A stretch of DNA of 64,000 nt, taken from the NCBI GenBank assembly GCA_021613535.1, contig CP075493.1:4216001-4280000 (forward strand). The letters are read 5' to 3'. Within the stretch, counting starts at the first letter, position 1. Each line of letters begins with the position of its first letter. The DNA comes from Adineta vaga. Taxonomy: Eukaryota; Animalia; Rotifera. Both the position numbers and the translations under genes were made by a program. The notes under the pieces are model-generated. The model was not told where the DNA came from and ran no database searches. It saw only the letters and a list, made by a program, of their open reading frames with translations. This document shows positions 23,015 through 35,680 of the stretch, one piece after another.

Positions 23015-24277
23015 TTATTCTTTTAATTCAGTCCATTTTTCTTTCTCATTTTTACTATTCGCTACACATGTTTCAATAAAAGCCATACCACGTACTCCTT
23101 CCTTTACTCCAGGAAAATCTTCTAATTGTTCCGATGGATTCTTTTCTCCGTTCATTTTTGCACGAATCGTTCTAGCAAAATTACGATAAATATTTGCAAA
23201 TGCTTCAATATATCCTTCAGGATGACCAGCTGGTATACGCGTATTATGCATAGCACTTTGTGAAAGATATTGTGTTCCTGTACGATAAATTTCTGTTGGA
23301 CTATCAAACCATCGAACTTCTAAGGTATTACAATCACTATGTTGCCATTGAATTGAACCTTGTTCACCATAGACACGAATTTTTAAATTATTCTCTTCAC
23401 CCGTACAAATCTACGAAAGAGAAGAGAATCTATTTGATTTGAAAGAAATTTTTGGATGTATATAGTTTACCTGCGAAGCCATCAATACACCATTCGTTCC
23501 ATTATTAAAACGTAATAATACACTTGCATCATCATCTAATTGACGACCAGGAATAACTGTTCGTAAATCAGCACAAACATGTGTGACTTGAAGTCCAGTT
23601 ATATATTCAACTAAATTAAATGCATGCACACCAATATCACCAAGGCATCCAGCTGGTCCACTTCGTTTTGGATCAAGACGCCATTGAGCTTGTTTTGAAT
23701 TCACATCTGGATAACTCAACCAACCTTGGGGATATTCAACGTATACTTTTCGAATTGAACCAAGATCATTACGAGCAATCATTTGACGAGCTTGTTTCAC
23801 CATTGGATAGCCTGTATAGGTATGTGTTAAACAAAAGATACGACCAGTTTCATGAACAATTTTTGAAAGTTCACGAGCTTCTTGAAGAGATAAACACATT
23901 GGTTTATCGAGAACAACATCAAAACCAGCACGAAGGGCAAGAATAGTAGGTTCATAGTGAACATGATTCGGTGTAACGATGGCCACAAAATCCATTTCTG
24001 AAAGAATTTTGAAATTTTTATAGATTTTTGATGAATCATTTATTACCTCTGGTTTTTTCTTCGTTGTCAATATCTCTTTATACGTTGCATAAACTCGATT
24101 TGCAGGAAGTCCTAGTTCTTTACCCATTTCGCGAGACTTTTCAGGATCTGAACTAAAAGCACCACATACAAGTTCAATTTCACCATCCAAACATGCAGAT
24201 ATACGATGTACAGCACCAATAAATGCACCTGGACCACCACCAATCATACCCATACGTAATTTTCGTGTAGACGTCAT
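23015..24277 (-). CDS. Gfo/Idh/MocA-family NAD(P)-dependent oxidoreductase, bacterial type
   Basis: LRMGMIGGGPGAFIGAVHR, IVTPNHVH, VVLDKP, GCLGDIGVHAF and RIPAGHPEGYIEAFANIY. Introns at ~23470-23411 and probably ~24046-23998. Confidence 0.9.
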
Positions 24278-24906
24278 CTAAAATATATTTGAGAAACGTT
24301 TCAAATTTTTTCACCTGAAAAGAATCAAAGCATATTTGCACATTGTCTTTTTAAAGATACATGTAAATACATATGTTTACTGATAGTGATGATAACCTGT
24401 GAAACAAGCAATAGGACTCGTGCAGAACGATAGAATTCAAATAGAGAAAGACAAAAACATTTGATATAACCACGTTGTTTATCCGGTTTTTTTCCCCATT
24501 ACATACATAGAAACTTATATAAAGAATCTAACATAATTCAATATTCAAAATATCTTTTAATCTGAGGACGATACTACCTCAGGTGAAAACTCTCGTTTGA
24601 TAAAGTATATTGATCTTTTAAAATCTCTGAAAAGATTTCTTCTCAATGTCCTTCCTTTGAAATCTATGGCTCTTTCATCATCATATATATATATATGACT
24701 TATTCCTCGCCATTCGCCTCTATCAAATGAGATATGAATGATTCGACACAGGAGTTGTCACCTGGGTTGGTTCTCTCGTAAGAAATAAAATAAATTATCT
24801 CACTATCGAGAAAAGAGAAAAAGATGTGTAAGTACTTTATTTCTTATTCTGTTTTATTAACATAGATATAACATACGTGTACATTATTAAATCGAATAGT
24901 CTATTT

Positions 24907-26349
24907 ATGACCAATAATTCAAATCGAACACGCGATGGTTTTATTCAATATTCTAATGATAGCCGTGAAACTGGTTTGTTTACATCTGCTGCTGGTGTGT
25001 CGGCAACATCAGTTATCGATACAAACTTCGATGTGATAATTATCGGAGCTGGTTTTAGTGGTTTAGTTGCTGCTCGTGAATTGAGTCTTCGCAATCGAAA
25101 TGTGTTATTAATCGAAGCACGAGATCGTATTGGTGGTCGAACATTTACGACTGAACATGAAAATCAAAAGTATGAAATGGGTGGTGGATGGGTTCACTGG
25201 AGTCAGCCGCATGTGTGGTCTGAAATTACACGATATGGTTTTTCAATTTGTGAAACAAAAGGTGCAACAGCTGATCGAATTAGTGTGTTATTGGATAATG
25301 GTTCACGATTAAAATCTCTTTCGATGACAAATCTAATGTCACAGTTATGTGAAGCAATGAATAATTATAGTAATGTAGATGGTGTTCAAGGACGAACTGT
25401 TTTTCCTCTACCACATGAACCTTTTGCAGCTAAAGAAGTTATTGAAATGTATGATAAATTATCGATGCAAGATCGCTTAGATCAAATATCGACGTCGTTT
25501 GATAATAATCGAGAAATGTATGATATTATGGACGCTTATTTATCGATGAATTCACAAGAAAAATTATGTGAAAGTGGATTTCTTGATCATTTGCGTTGGT
25601 GGGCATTAGGAGATTTTGAAACATTTCGATTATTTGACAAAACTAGTCGGTATAAAATTCACGAAGGAACAAGTGCATTAGCACAAGCCATATCCAATGA
25701 TTGTCGTGATGTAAAATGGTTACTTTCTACTCCGATTTCTTCTGTTCATCGAACGGACGACAATAAAGTTACGATTCATACGAAGAATGGACAGTCATTT
25801 ACTGCATGTACGGCTATCATTACAGTTCCTTTGAATGCATTGTACAAGCTTGAATTTTCTCCGCCTCTTAAACTTGAAAAACAACGTGCTATCAATGAAC
25901 GTCAATGTCGTGGTGGTTCGAAATTTGCTATTAAACTAGCAAAACCAATTGGAAATTGGTGTGGTTTTGCACCGTATCCAAGTCCTATTACACAAGCTTT
26001 TACTGATGACGACGAAGGTACCATTATAATTGCATTTGGCATCGAAGATTTACTAGATATACGTGATTTTAATGCTGTACAACGTGAACTAAGCAAATGG
26101 TTACCAGATATTCAAATCAAATACATTATTGGACATGATTGGCGTAATGATTCATTTGCTGAAGGAACATGGGGTTGGTATCGTCCAGGACAAACAATAT
26201 CAAATCTATTGACGCTACAAGAACATGAACCACCACTATTTTTTGCAAGTAGTGACATAGCAAATGGTTGGCGATTGTTTATGGATGGAGCTCTCGAAAG
26301 TGGTCTTTCTGCTGTTCGACATGTTGAAGAATATCTCAAAAATAAATAG
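24907..26349 (+). CDS. Flavin-dependent amine oxidase, fungal MAO-N/bacterial type, intronless
   Basis: DVIIIGAGFSGLVAARE (Rossmann fold), EARDRIGGRT, EMGGGWVHWSQPHVWSEITRY, NVDGVQGRTVFPLPH, HDWRNDSFAEGTW and SDIANGWRLFMDGALESG. Confidence 0.92.
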   Translation: MTNNSNRTRDGFIQYSNDSRETGLFTSAAGVSATSVIDTNFDVIIIGAGFSGLVAARELSLRNRNVLLIEARDRIGGRTFTTEHENQKYEMGGGWVHWSQPHVWSEITRYGFSICETKGATADRISVLLDNGSRLKSLSMTNLMSQLCEAMNNYSNVDGVQGRTVFPLPHEPFAAKEVIEMYDKLSMQDRLDQISTSFDNNREMYDIMDAYLSMNSQEKLCESGFLDHLRWWALGDFETFRLFDKTSRYKIHEGTSALAQAISNDCRDVKWLLSTPISSVHRTDDNKVTIHTKNGQSFTACTAIITVPLNALYKLEFSPPLKLEKQRAINERQCRGGSKFAIKLAKPIGNWCGFAPYPSPITQAFTDDDEGTIIIAFGIEDLLDIRDFNAVQRELSKWLPDIQIKYIIGHDWRNDSFAEGTWGWYRPGQTISNLLTLQEHEPPLFFASSDIANGWRLFMDGALESGLSAVRHVEEYLKNK

Positions 26350-27143
26350 TTTGTAATAATTGACATACTAGAAACGTACGGGAAAAAAAGACGTTGCATT
26401 TAAGTGAAAAATATGATCATAAATATTGTCTGTAGTTTGATTAGCAGTTGACTTGTATTTGTAGTTGGATTGTAATGAATTATTCACAGAAGAAAATAAG
26501 TATTCTACTCGTATCTATATCAATACATCTTTCATAGTCGACATCTAGAATACGGTATATTCATAATGAATGATCTGACCCGAAGAATTCTATTTAGTAC
26601 AAATATATATGAATTAGAAATATTTTTTGTGTTTGAGATTGAATTCTAAAAGAATTATCTAGTTATCAAAAACCAGTCAATGAAAGAAAGAACAATCAAG
26701 AATATAGATCGCAAGGTATCTTGCAGTAAAAATAAATGTTCGCTCATGTGTTCCAATACATATAACTTATTGATCGATTCTATTTGTATGTTTTTTCTTC
26801 TTTAAATGTACTCATCAAAGACGGATAAAACGAATAAACAGTTTTTGTTTTGAGATATTTTATAATCTATAAGAAGAAAACCATCGATTTGCGTTTAACG
26901 TCAATATATCGATATCAAAAGGTATTTTATCATTCTTGCATTCGTGATTTCAATTGTTAACGCAATGTCAAGATACAATTTTTATATAATCGATCATATC
27001 TTACTCTTTCTCTTCATCTATGTTGGGTGTAAATATTAACAAGGTTAATGAAAGTATGAAATCAATGGTATTAATTCGTACAATAATACACGTTTTGTAT
27101 CACAACGATTTAGAGAAAAAAAGGAGAAGAAAACAGTTAAGTT

Positions 27144-28545
27144 ATCAGCGATTATTTTGTGTCAAAGAATGAACTAAAATATTTAACGTATTTTGCATAT
27201 CGTATATGGAATTTTGTACTTGGGCAAGTTGTCCTTCTAATTTATTTTTGATGCGTAAAAAGGTACTTTGTAGTTCGTGCTTTATTTTTATGTCTCAATA
27301 TCCATAATTTGAAAGCATACTTGATAATATTTGCTGCGTGTACATATTGTTCTTTTGCTAATCCAGTATTAAGAACAAAACTGTGAACGTATTTTTCCGA
27401 TCGATCAAGTGTTAATTTTTGTGAAAAAACCGTAATAAGAAGTGCACTTACAAAAAGGCCAATTAACGCTGCAATAATAGATATAGCTAAAAATGACAAA
27501 TATAGTTATGTTTTGAATTAAATATTCTACTTATTTCTTCCACAATACGTCGATGGATATAGATCTCCATATCCGACAGTAGTGAAAGTGATAGAAAATA
27601 ACCACATGGCATCGGAAAAGGATAGGTGTTCATTATTGGATCGATAACTACAAGCACGAAAACTCCAACGTCCAACAAAAAATGTCACAGTACAAAATAA
27701 CATTTCAACATTGTGTTGGCCAACGATCCAGACAAGAGCGTATAAAGAAAGAGAAAAGTTGTGTTTATTTTTCTCAAATTCAAAACAAAACAAAAGAAAC
27801 CAGGAAACTTACTCGATAAGCCAAGTGCAACATCAATTGATGTATATGAATACTCAAAGGGAACTATTCCTGTTTCATTCAAACGTGCTCTTTCTTCATT
27901 TATACGGCTTTCCGTTGGATACAAACGTGGCATAGGATGAACAGCACAAACAATTAATTCAATTGCGATGAGTAAAATTCTTCCTCGTGTTAGTCTAACA
28001 CGCCAATCATCAATTCCATTTTTTTATAGAATAAAGACTCAAATCGAGACAATGATAAATAAGAACAAGTACGAGAAGAATGCCAGTTAAAATACTAATT
28101 ATTAATTTAAGAAACCAACTTCCAGGCATATCAAAGTCATTCAGATGAGTAAATGTAATTTCATTTGCAACGATCATCAAACCAATACTAACAATACTAA
28201 TAGCACACATAATATCAGTTATAAATGTACTAAAATACAAGATGTAAACATTTCCCATTACAATACAAAAACAATTGATTTTACTTACAGACGATTATGG
28301 CACAATTTTCGCGCAGCTAATCGTTTGCTTACAGTAAGAAAGAAGACTTCGTCAACAGAAGTTTGTGCTCTATGTGTTTGAGTATGTTTAACTTCTTTCG
28401 CTTCTCCAGATTTTCTTTCCGATGGTATAGCTGGTGTCATGTCAATAACTGTTGATGCTTTTGATGTAGATTTTTTCATAGATGGTGGAGTTTTTGATTC
28501 CGAATGCTTGTCGGATTGTTGATCGAGGCTTTCACTTGATGTCAT
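27144..28545 (-). pseudogene. Small-conductance Ca2+-activated K+ channel (SK/KCNN-like), degenerate
   Basis: KRLAARKLCHNR, DDWRVRLT..ELIVCAVHP, pore FSITFTTVGYGDLYPSTYCG and KLTLDRSEKYVHSFV. Frameshift near 28020, the S4/S4-S5 segment is absent, and the CaM-binding region is truncated or frameshifted near 27245. Confidence 0.75.
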
Positions 28546-29812
28546 CTGTAGATTATGATCTGAAAGCGAGAAGTGCGAAAAACAATACCTTGTATCGAAT
28601 GAAAGCAACTTTTGGTTAGTTTCGCTTTATTTATATTCTTCTATACCAATCACCCAGTCATAACAAAAGTATGTACAATACTTAGTCAGTTATAGAGTTA
28701 CTTAAGTCCTCTATATTTATCATTTATGACTGATAAGTAAGTATGATTGGTAAAAAAAAGTTCTAAAGATAAGAATAAACAAAAGTAGTGATTGTTAACT
28801 TGTACCTGTAAACACTTTTACGTATGACAATATCAAGTAAACAGAAAACATAAGAACCTTTGTAAAGGGAAAAAAGATATGATACAGATATTGTCCATAA
28901 TTTGATTCATTTTCATGTTAAAATCATCACATTATATACGAAAAGAAAAATTATTGCTAGTAGTTTAAGAATTTCTAATGAAAATCTAATGTTAGAGTTA
29001 ATATGATGCTCGATGATACATCTAGCTGAATTCAACTGTAAGCGACAACGAAATGAAAACAACTTTGAATGAATAATGGAAAGAAATTACATAAATTCTT
29101 TTTGAATTATCCATGATTGTATGCTTCATCATCAAAACACTAGAAAGATCAATTATTCACGTTCATATTCTTCTCACTGAACAATACATCATACGCACAA
29201 ACATCTATTCATACGTCTTCTTTAAAATATACAGACTCTCAGGATTGTCCATCATTTCAACGATCTGTTCTCTACAGAAAAATATCGATTTAAGGAACCG
29301 AAAGTGATTTCTCTATTGATCAGTTATGTACAAATACTAAGATAGAAAACAAAATAATGCACCCATCCTACATTTAACATTGGATACCAGTATTTAATAT
29401 AAAATATACACCTATTGTCATATTGATTTCATAATGAGATATAGATTTGTATGAATACGAACAATAAAATCGATAATATACATTTTATTAGCAATACGGA
29501 AAAAGAAAAGATTGAGTATTCATTCACCGATCAAACATAGCAACTAAGAGAATTTTTCGATCGAAAAGCAAACGAAAAGATTTTATGAAGATCGTTATTA
29601 CTCAATGTATTTCGAATTTATTGATTATGCTTATATCATGTATTAATTTATCTGTCTTTTGTTTGATGAAGATATTATAATTTCGTATTACGTTTCATCA
29701 AATGTCACTGAATACCTTTTTCTAAAGTTTTTATTTCGAAATAAATATGTAAAAGCCAAAGCATACATGCATAAAAAGTCAAAATCTATTTTGATAATAT
29801 TAAATAAGAATA

Positions 29813-31486
29813 TCAATCTAACCAAATATGTAAATCCATATGTTGATCAATATCATATGAATATCGACGATGATGTTGATTACAATAATTTGATAACCAT
29901 TCGATTGTTACTTCTTTTAAATCTTGATTGATATGTCGAAATGTAATATTTCGTAAATTTTGACCGAAATATTCGAAAAGTTTTCGAATATTTTCGAATG
30001 TTATCAATCGTACACAAAGATATTTAATATGAGGAAATAATAAATGTATTCGTTCGATATTACTAAGACAATCACAAATAGTTAATGAATGAATATTGGA
30101 AAAATCAATCATATCAAGATCAATTAATAAAGTTTCAGTTATACGAAGATATTTTAATGATGGCATATGATTATATAAAATACGGATGAATTCCGGATGA
30201 TGAAATTGACCGAGTTTTAAATCTGTAATATGTGTAAAATCAAGAATTGATTGAAGAAAATCAACTACTAATTCAGTAGATAGATGACATCCATAATCAG
30301 TTAGAATTAGTGTTGAAACATTCGGAAAATAATGAGAAGAATCATTTATCAAATGTTTTCTTTCACTATTTAATGTAGATAAATCAAGTGTTAATTTTGT
30401 CACATTTTTCATACATATTTGATTAACTGTTATCGATGAACGACATTGTTGAATAGGATCTATCGATGGTCGATAGTAAAATTGTGTATCACAAAATGGT
30501 AGAGAATAGAGATGTACCATTGTTGGATTCATTTGATAATCTAACATTACATACCAATGTTTTATATCTAACCAAAATGATGTTTGAAATGTTTCAAGAA
30601 TGATTTCTACATTGAGATTTTGTAATTGTGTACAAAAATTAAATTCAAATATTTCAACAGTCAATGGTAAACATTGTTCCCAAAATTGACCATTAAACCA
30701 CTGTTTACCATTTGCTGTTAGTTTGAAGAATAGTAATTTAGGCATTGATTTTAACAAATTTTCCATTTCAAATTTCGTCATTTCAATGAAAGTTGTTAAT
30801 ATTAATCGTGTAAGATGATTAAACAATGAAAGATGATAAGAATTACTTTTCGTCGTAATTGCCGTATCAAGAAAGATTAAATTTGGCATTCGTGAGGCAA
30901 TTGTTGGTAAGGAAAGTGTATTGAATATATTATCATTGAAATATAAATAATCAACTGATGAATTGAATTGATATTCAAATAGAGAATTTAACGTACCGGA
31001 TAAAGATAATCGACGAAGAGATTTAGAATTATTTATAAATGATGAAAGAATTTGAAATGTTTGTTGATTAACAGATGACGATTGACAATGAAGAATTGTA
31101 AGTGATTTTAATGTTTTATTTGTTGGTAAATCACTTAGAATCTTATTGAAATCATTTGTATTTGGTGGTTGAAGTAATTGAAGAACTTCTAAGTTAAGAA
31201 ATTGTTTGAGAGAGAAGAAATTCAGAAATAAACGAAATTGACCAGGTGTATCATCCATATTTGATAATGTTAATGAAATAATTTGTTGAGGATTTATTCG
31301 TTGTAATGTAAAATAAAAATGAGACATAGAAATTGATTGAAAATTTACTTGATATCGATTATAAGTATGTAAGATTTGATTCAAATGAGTATTGATATTT
31401 TGTAAAGAATAAAATATATCATAACTATCGAGATAATTAAAAATTCGATGAAGAATTTCGATGGGTAATTTTTCAAGTAACAACAT
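29813..31486 (-). CDS. F-box + LRR-like protein
   Basis: LEKLPIEILHRIFNYLD F-box, LRR-like body, FQTSFWLDIKHWYV..HLYSLPF. Intronless. Confidence 0.88.
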   Translation of the reverse strand: MLLLEKLPIEILHRIFNYLDSYDIFYSLQNINTHLNQILHTYNRYQVNFQSISMSHFYFTLQRINPQQIISLTLSNMDDTPGQFRLFLNFFSLKQFLNLEVLQLLQPPNTNDFNKILSDLPTNKTLKSLTILHCQSSSVNQQTFQILSSFINNSKSLRRLSLSGTLNSLFEYQFNSSVDYLYFNDNIFNTLSLPTIASRMPNLIFLDTAITTKSNSYHLSLFNHLTRLILTTFIEMTKFEMENLLKSMPKLLFFKLTANGKQWFNGQFWEQCLPLTVEIFEFNFCTQLQNLNVEIILETFQTSFWLDIKHWYVMLDYQMNPTMVHLYSLPFCDTQFYYRPSIDPIQQCRSSITVNQICMKNVTKLTLDLSTLNSERKHLINDSSHYFPNVSTLILTDYGCHLSTELVVDFLQSILDFTHITDLKLGQFHHPEFIRILYNHMPSLKYLRITETLLIDLDMIDFSNIHSLTICDCLSNIERIHLLFPHIKYLCVRLITFENIRKLFEYFGQNLRNITFRHINQDLKEVTIEWLSNYCNQHHRRYSYDIDQHMDLHIWLD

Positions 31487-31784
31487 TCTTTGTGATTCTT
31501 TTTTATCTTTTTCTATTCATATATTTATATATATATACACTGATATGACGGAATAAAACCTGGTGCCAATGGAAATTTTGAATATTTTATATTTATACAC
31601 ATCAGCTGTACAAATTATAGAGCTCGCTGTGATACAGAAAAGAAAAAAATAAACATAATTGAAGTAGTCCTAAGGTCATATGAAACGAAATAATATGACA
31701 ATAATGTTATCATTTACCTTTGTACTGTTAGATAACAGACCTGTTATTTTATTTTTCATAGTTACAATAAGATTTTCAGACCAT

Positions 31785-32942
31785 ATGGATAGAAGATTTG
31801 ATAATTATTATGAATATATCAATGAAGAATCAATTGATAATACATTAATTTGTCAAATATGTTTTAAACCATTGATTGAACCTGTTATAACTTCATGTGA
31901 AAATCGATTTTGTCGAGTATGTATCGAAGAATCACTTGATGAACATTATATACGATGTCATTTATGTGCGAAATCATTTTTAACAAAACAATTGCATCCA
32001 TTGAATGATTCTTCTATTCTTCTCATACTTGATCAACTTAAAATCAAATGTAAATTATGTAATGAAATGAATCTTGAACGAGTTCTATTTTCCAAACATA
32101 TTTATCAAAATTGTGCCAAAGCAATTGTTACTTGTTCAACAAATGAAAAGAATTGTCCTTGGATTGGTTTACGTGAAGATCTTCGAACCCATTTAATCTC
32201 ATGTGAATATCGATCATCTGCTTTTCAAAGTAATTTCAATCATATCTCATTCGATTCTTCGATCATTAATAAAGATAACTTTATTTTAGATTCTATCGAA
32301 GATAAATACGGTGAATTTTTACCATTTACAAATATTGATTTACAACAACGACCTTTATTTAATCATGATATAGCCATAGCAGTTAAAGCTTTATTAATTA
32401 ATCAACGATGTACATGTTTAGATCTATTTAATAAAGGTATATCATCGGATGATACTTTTACGTTTGCAGCTATTTTATCGAATGATAAATTGTTAACAAC
32501 ATTAAGTCTTCGAAATAATCGTCTTTGTGATTCAGGTGTACAATTTATTGCTCATGCATTATTAACTAATTCCTATTTGAAACGATTGGATCTGAATGAT
32601 AATTTAATAACCGATACTGGAGTTTGTTTATTAACTGAAATGTTAAAAACAAATCAAAGTTTAATTAAATTAACTCTATCATTTAATCGAATTAGTAATG
32701 AAGGAATAAATATGTTAATCGATGTATTGATTAATAATAATTCCACATTAGAATGGTTATGTCTAGCTGGAAATTCAGCAATTGATGATACATCAATGCA
32801 TGGAATTATAAATTTAATTCAACATAATCAATCATTAAGAATACTTAATTTAGAAGATTGTCATTTATCATGGTGGTGTAAGAAACAAATTATTTTCCAT
32901 CAAACAATTCATTTTAAATCAATTTTAGACATTCTATTATGA
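31785..32942 (+). CDS. RING + TRAF-type Zn finger + ribonuclease-inhibitor-like LRR protein
   Basis: CQICFKPLIEPVITSCENRFCRVC..CHLC, CKLC..HIYQNC..CPWIGLREDLRTHLISC, then LxxLxLxxNxIxDxG repeats. Confidence 0.88.
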   Translation: MDRRFDNYYEYINEESIDNTLICQICFKPLIEPVITSCENRFCRVCIEESLDEHYIRCHLCAKSFLTKQLHPLNDSSILLILDQLKIKCKLCNEMNLERVLFSKHIYQNCAKAIVTCSTNEKNCPWIGLREDLRTHLISCEYRSSAFQSNFNHISFDSSIINKDNFILDSIEDKYGEFLPFTNIDLQQRPLFNHDIAIAVKALLINQRCTCLDLFNKGISSDDTFTFAAILSNDKLLTTLSLRNNRLCDSGVQFIAHALLTNSYLKRLDLNDNLITDTGVCLLTEMLKTNQSLIKLTLSFNRISNEGINMLIDVLINNNSTLEWLCLAGNSAIDDTSMHGIINLIQHNQSLRILNLEDCHLSWWCKKQIIFHQTIHFKSILDILL

Positions 32943-33521
32943 TCTATTTCAATGTAGAATTGATTCATTTTTTCAATTTCTAATAGTTCTTACATATCTA
33001 AATAAATATATTATCGAGATTCAACAAGAACAAGTTGACTGATTTGTTACTTATTCAACTAGATGAATAACAACACCTGTAGTTTGAATGATAAGAAGCG
33101 ATGTCTTGAACCTAACGATTCTTCTAAACCGTACACTTGCAAAAGTTTCGTTTATACTATGTCTGTTTATGCTTATAGCGACAAACATAAAACAATGTAT
33201 ATCATTTATTTTTTCAAATTGATTTATCTGTCATACCTATGTGTGTGTATCATATTATTGATTTCTATCTATGATGTTGCCGCATCACAAGAATATTTAA
33301 CTGTGTCAAGAAAAAGGTTTTGTTGCTTATATCAATCAAAGCAAATAAATGCAACATTTCTACATTGCCTTAGGTGAACTCGGAATAAAAATCATCACAC
33401 TTTTTTCAATTAGTGAAGATAATGTTGTTGATCACACATCTCATCTCAATGTTTTGCTGAAATTCGAATGCAATTTTCAGTCACTCTTAATAATAAGAGA
33501 AAATTACAACACAAAATACAT

Positions 33522-35055
33522 ATGGGTGCATACAATTGTAAAAGAATAGACGGTACAGAAAATCTATGCAATTATTATCATAATCAATATCTTCCTATTG
33601 GAGGATATGAAAATGTACCACTTGTTTCTCTCGAAGTAGCTGTTGAACCATTAATATCTCTTCTACCATCTATACAAGAATATGTACAATTAGTTATACA
33701 AAAATGTGACAATCCTTCCGATAATTTAACACGAGATCAATCGGCAGCGATTATGCTTTGTACAATTCGTTGGCAACCATTTGATCAATGTCTTTCTGTT
33801 GTTTTAAATAACATCTTACGTTCAATCAATCGAGAAGAACTCAAACCATGGTTTCTCTATTTAAAACTTCTCTTAATTGCACTATGTCGTTTACCATCCA
33901 TTCATCAGACACTGTATCGAGGAATCAAATGTGATGTTAGTCAATATTATATTAAAGATCAACGAATCATCTGGTGGGATTTTGTTCTATGTACAAAATC
34001 ACTTGATCTTTTACAATCCGAAAAGTATCTAGGTCGAACATCTCGACGTACAATATTTACAATTGATTCTCAATCATCGAAAGATATAAGTAAACATTCA
34101 TTTTATTCAACAACAGATATGATTCTTCTTTTACCGGCAACACAATTTCAAGTTGTACATTGTTTGAAACAGAAAAATAAATCTCATTGGATACAATTAA
34201 AAGAAATTCAATCACCATTTGTTCTTCTACAATCAGTATCAATTGTTTCAAAATTTCCTAGTGTAAGTTGAATATTTTCATTGAAAATTCAATTTTAACT
34301 TTCGAAATATACATTAGGATTTCGTTCATAACGATGTTACATCATTGAAAACAAATCAATCGTGGAATTGTAAATCTTCCATAAACAATACTGATTATTC
34401 TAATCAAGAATTAGAACAAATCATTGCTCAATATTCAACTAATTCATCTGTTTATCTGAAACTAAAACAAGTAACAAATAATGATATGAAAATGATCGTT
34501 CAACAAGCAATTTTCGAGAAAAAATGTACTGAACTTTGGTTATGTAGTGCTCAATTAACATCACAAAATGCATTGATTCTTGTCAATGGTTTATTTAATA
34601 ATAAAATATTAACAAAATTAAATCTTAATGATAATTATATTCATGATCGTGGTGTTCATGCAATAGCTGGTGTTCTTTCATCGAATAATACAAAATTAAA
34701 AGAACTTTGTCTTGCACGAAATGGTATTACAAATCTAGGTGCACAATATTTAGCTGAAATGTTAAATACAAATATTACCCTAACCAATCTTAGTTTATTT
34801 GGTAACCTAATTGATGATCATGGAATACGATATTTTACACATATTTTAAGTTATAATAATAGAACATTGGAATGTTTATATCTGTCGGGAAATAATTTGA
34901 TGAGTGATCGAAGTATTGATTATTTCATTGAAATGTTTAAACATAATCAAACATTGAAATGTTTACATCTATTTAATTGCAATCTTTCAGAATTAGCGAA
35001 AAGAAGATTACGTGATGAAATTCAAACAAAGAAATATTTGACTGTATACATGTAA
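33522..35055 (+). CDS. R-S-E-clade ADP-ribosyltransferase-like domain + RNI-like LRR (2 exons)
   Basis: PIGGYENVPLVSLEVAVEPL, LTRDQSAAIML, LKPWFLYLKL, LYRGIK and LLLPATQFQV. Phase-0 intron 34263-34317 joins this in frame to the LRR exon. Confidence 0.85.
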
Positions 35056-35680
35056 AAAAAACGCATTACTACTTGATTATGTTATATAATCAAATTCTTT
35101 ATTTGAAATGAATAATTAATAAAGCTTTTTTTTAAGAAAGTTTGTATTATGAGGTGAAAGGCATGTTTTGAATACTGTATGTTGAATTGTCGTCTGTTGC
35201 GGATGAAACCATATATTACTACTGAATAAATCTCCCATGCAGAGAATTTATAAAGAATGAAAAATAGAAATTTGTGTATGTTAGATATTACATCAGAACT
35301 TTTCTCAGTCATTCGCTTCTAACCAATGATAGTTACCAATAAAAGCAACTGGAATGACTCATTATTTGTTCTTTCTTCGTTCTTCTTACCGATAATTGCT
35401 TATACGCATATAAAATATATGTCCAGGATGGGAATGCTTGATGACCACTGAGAAGAGAATTTAGTTTTGCCTTGGAGAAAAACCCAGCATTAGTTTCATA
35501 TAAAAGGCGCAGCAACATCTCATTTTTCTTCATTCATCAGTTTACTTAACGCATCTAAAGTAAGTAATACACTTCTTTTTCTTTCCTCTTTCCGAGAGAA
35601 AGACATTCTTACGAAATTTTCAGTGGGAAAAAGTATAGTTTCCTTTTTATTCAGCTTTGATCTATCTACAAAGCATAATT

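Noticed and set aside
17405-26349. Bacterial contamination or chimeric contig explaining the foreign-looking genes
   Set aside because: Base composition matches the flanks, the Gfo gene has spliceosomal introns, and the genes are interleaved with an intron-rich animal-type PEPCK.
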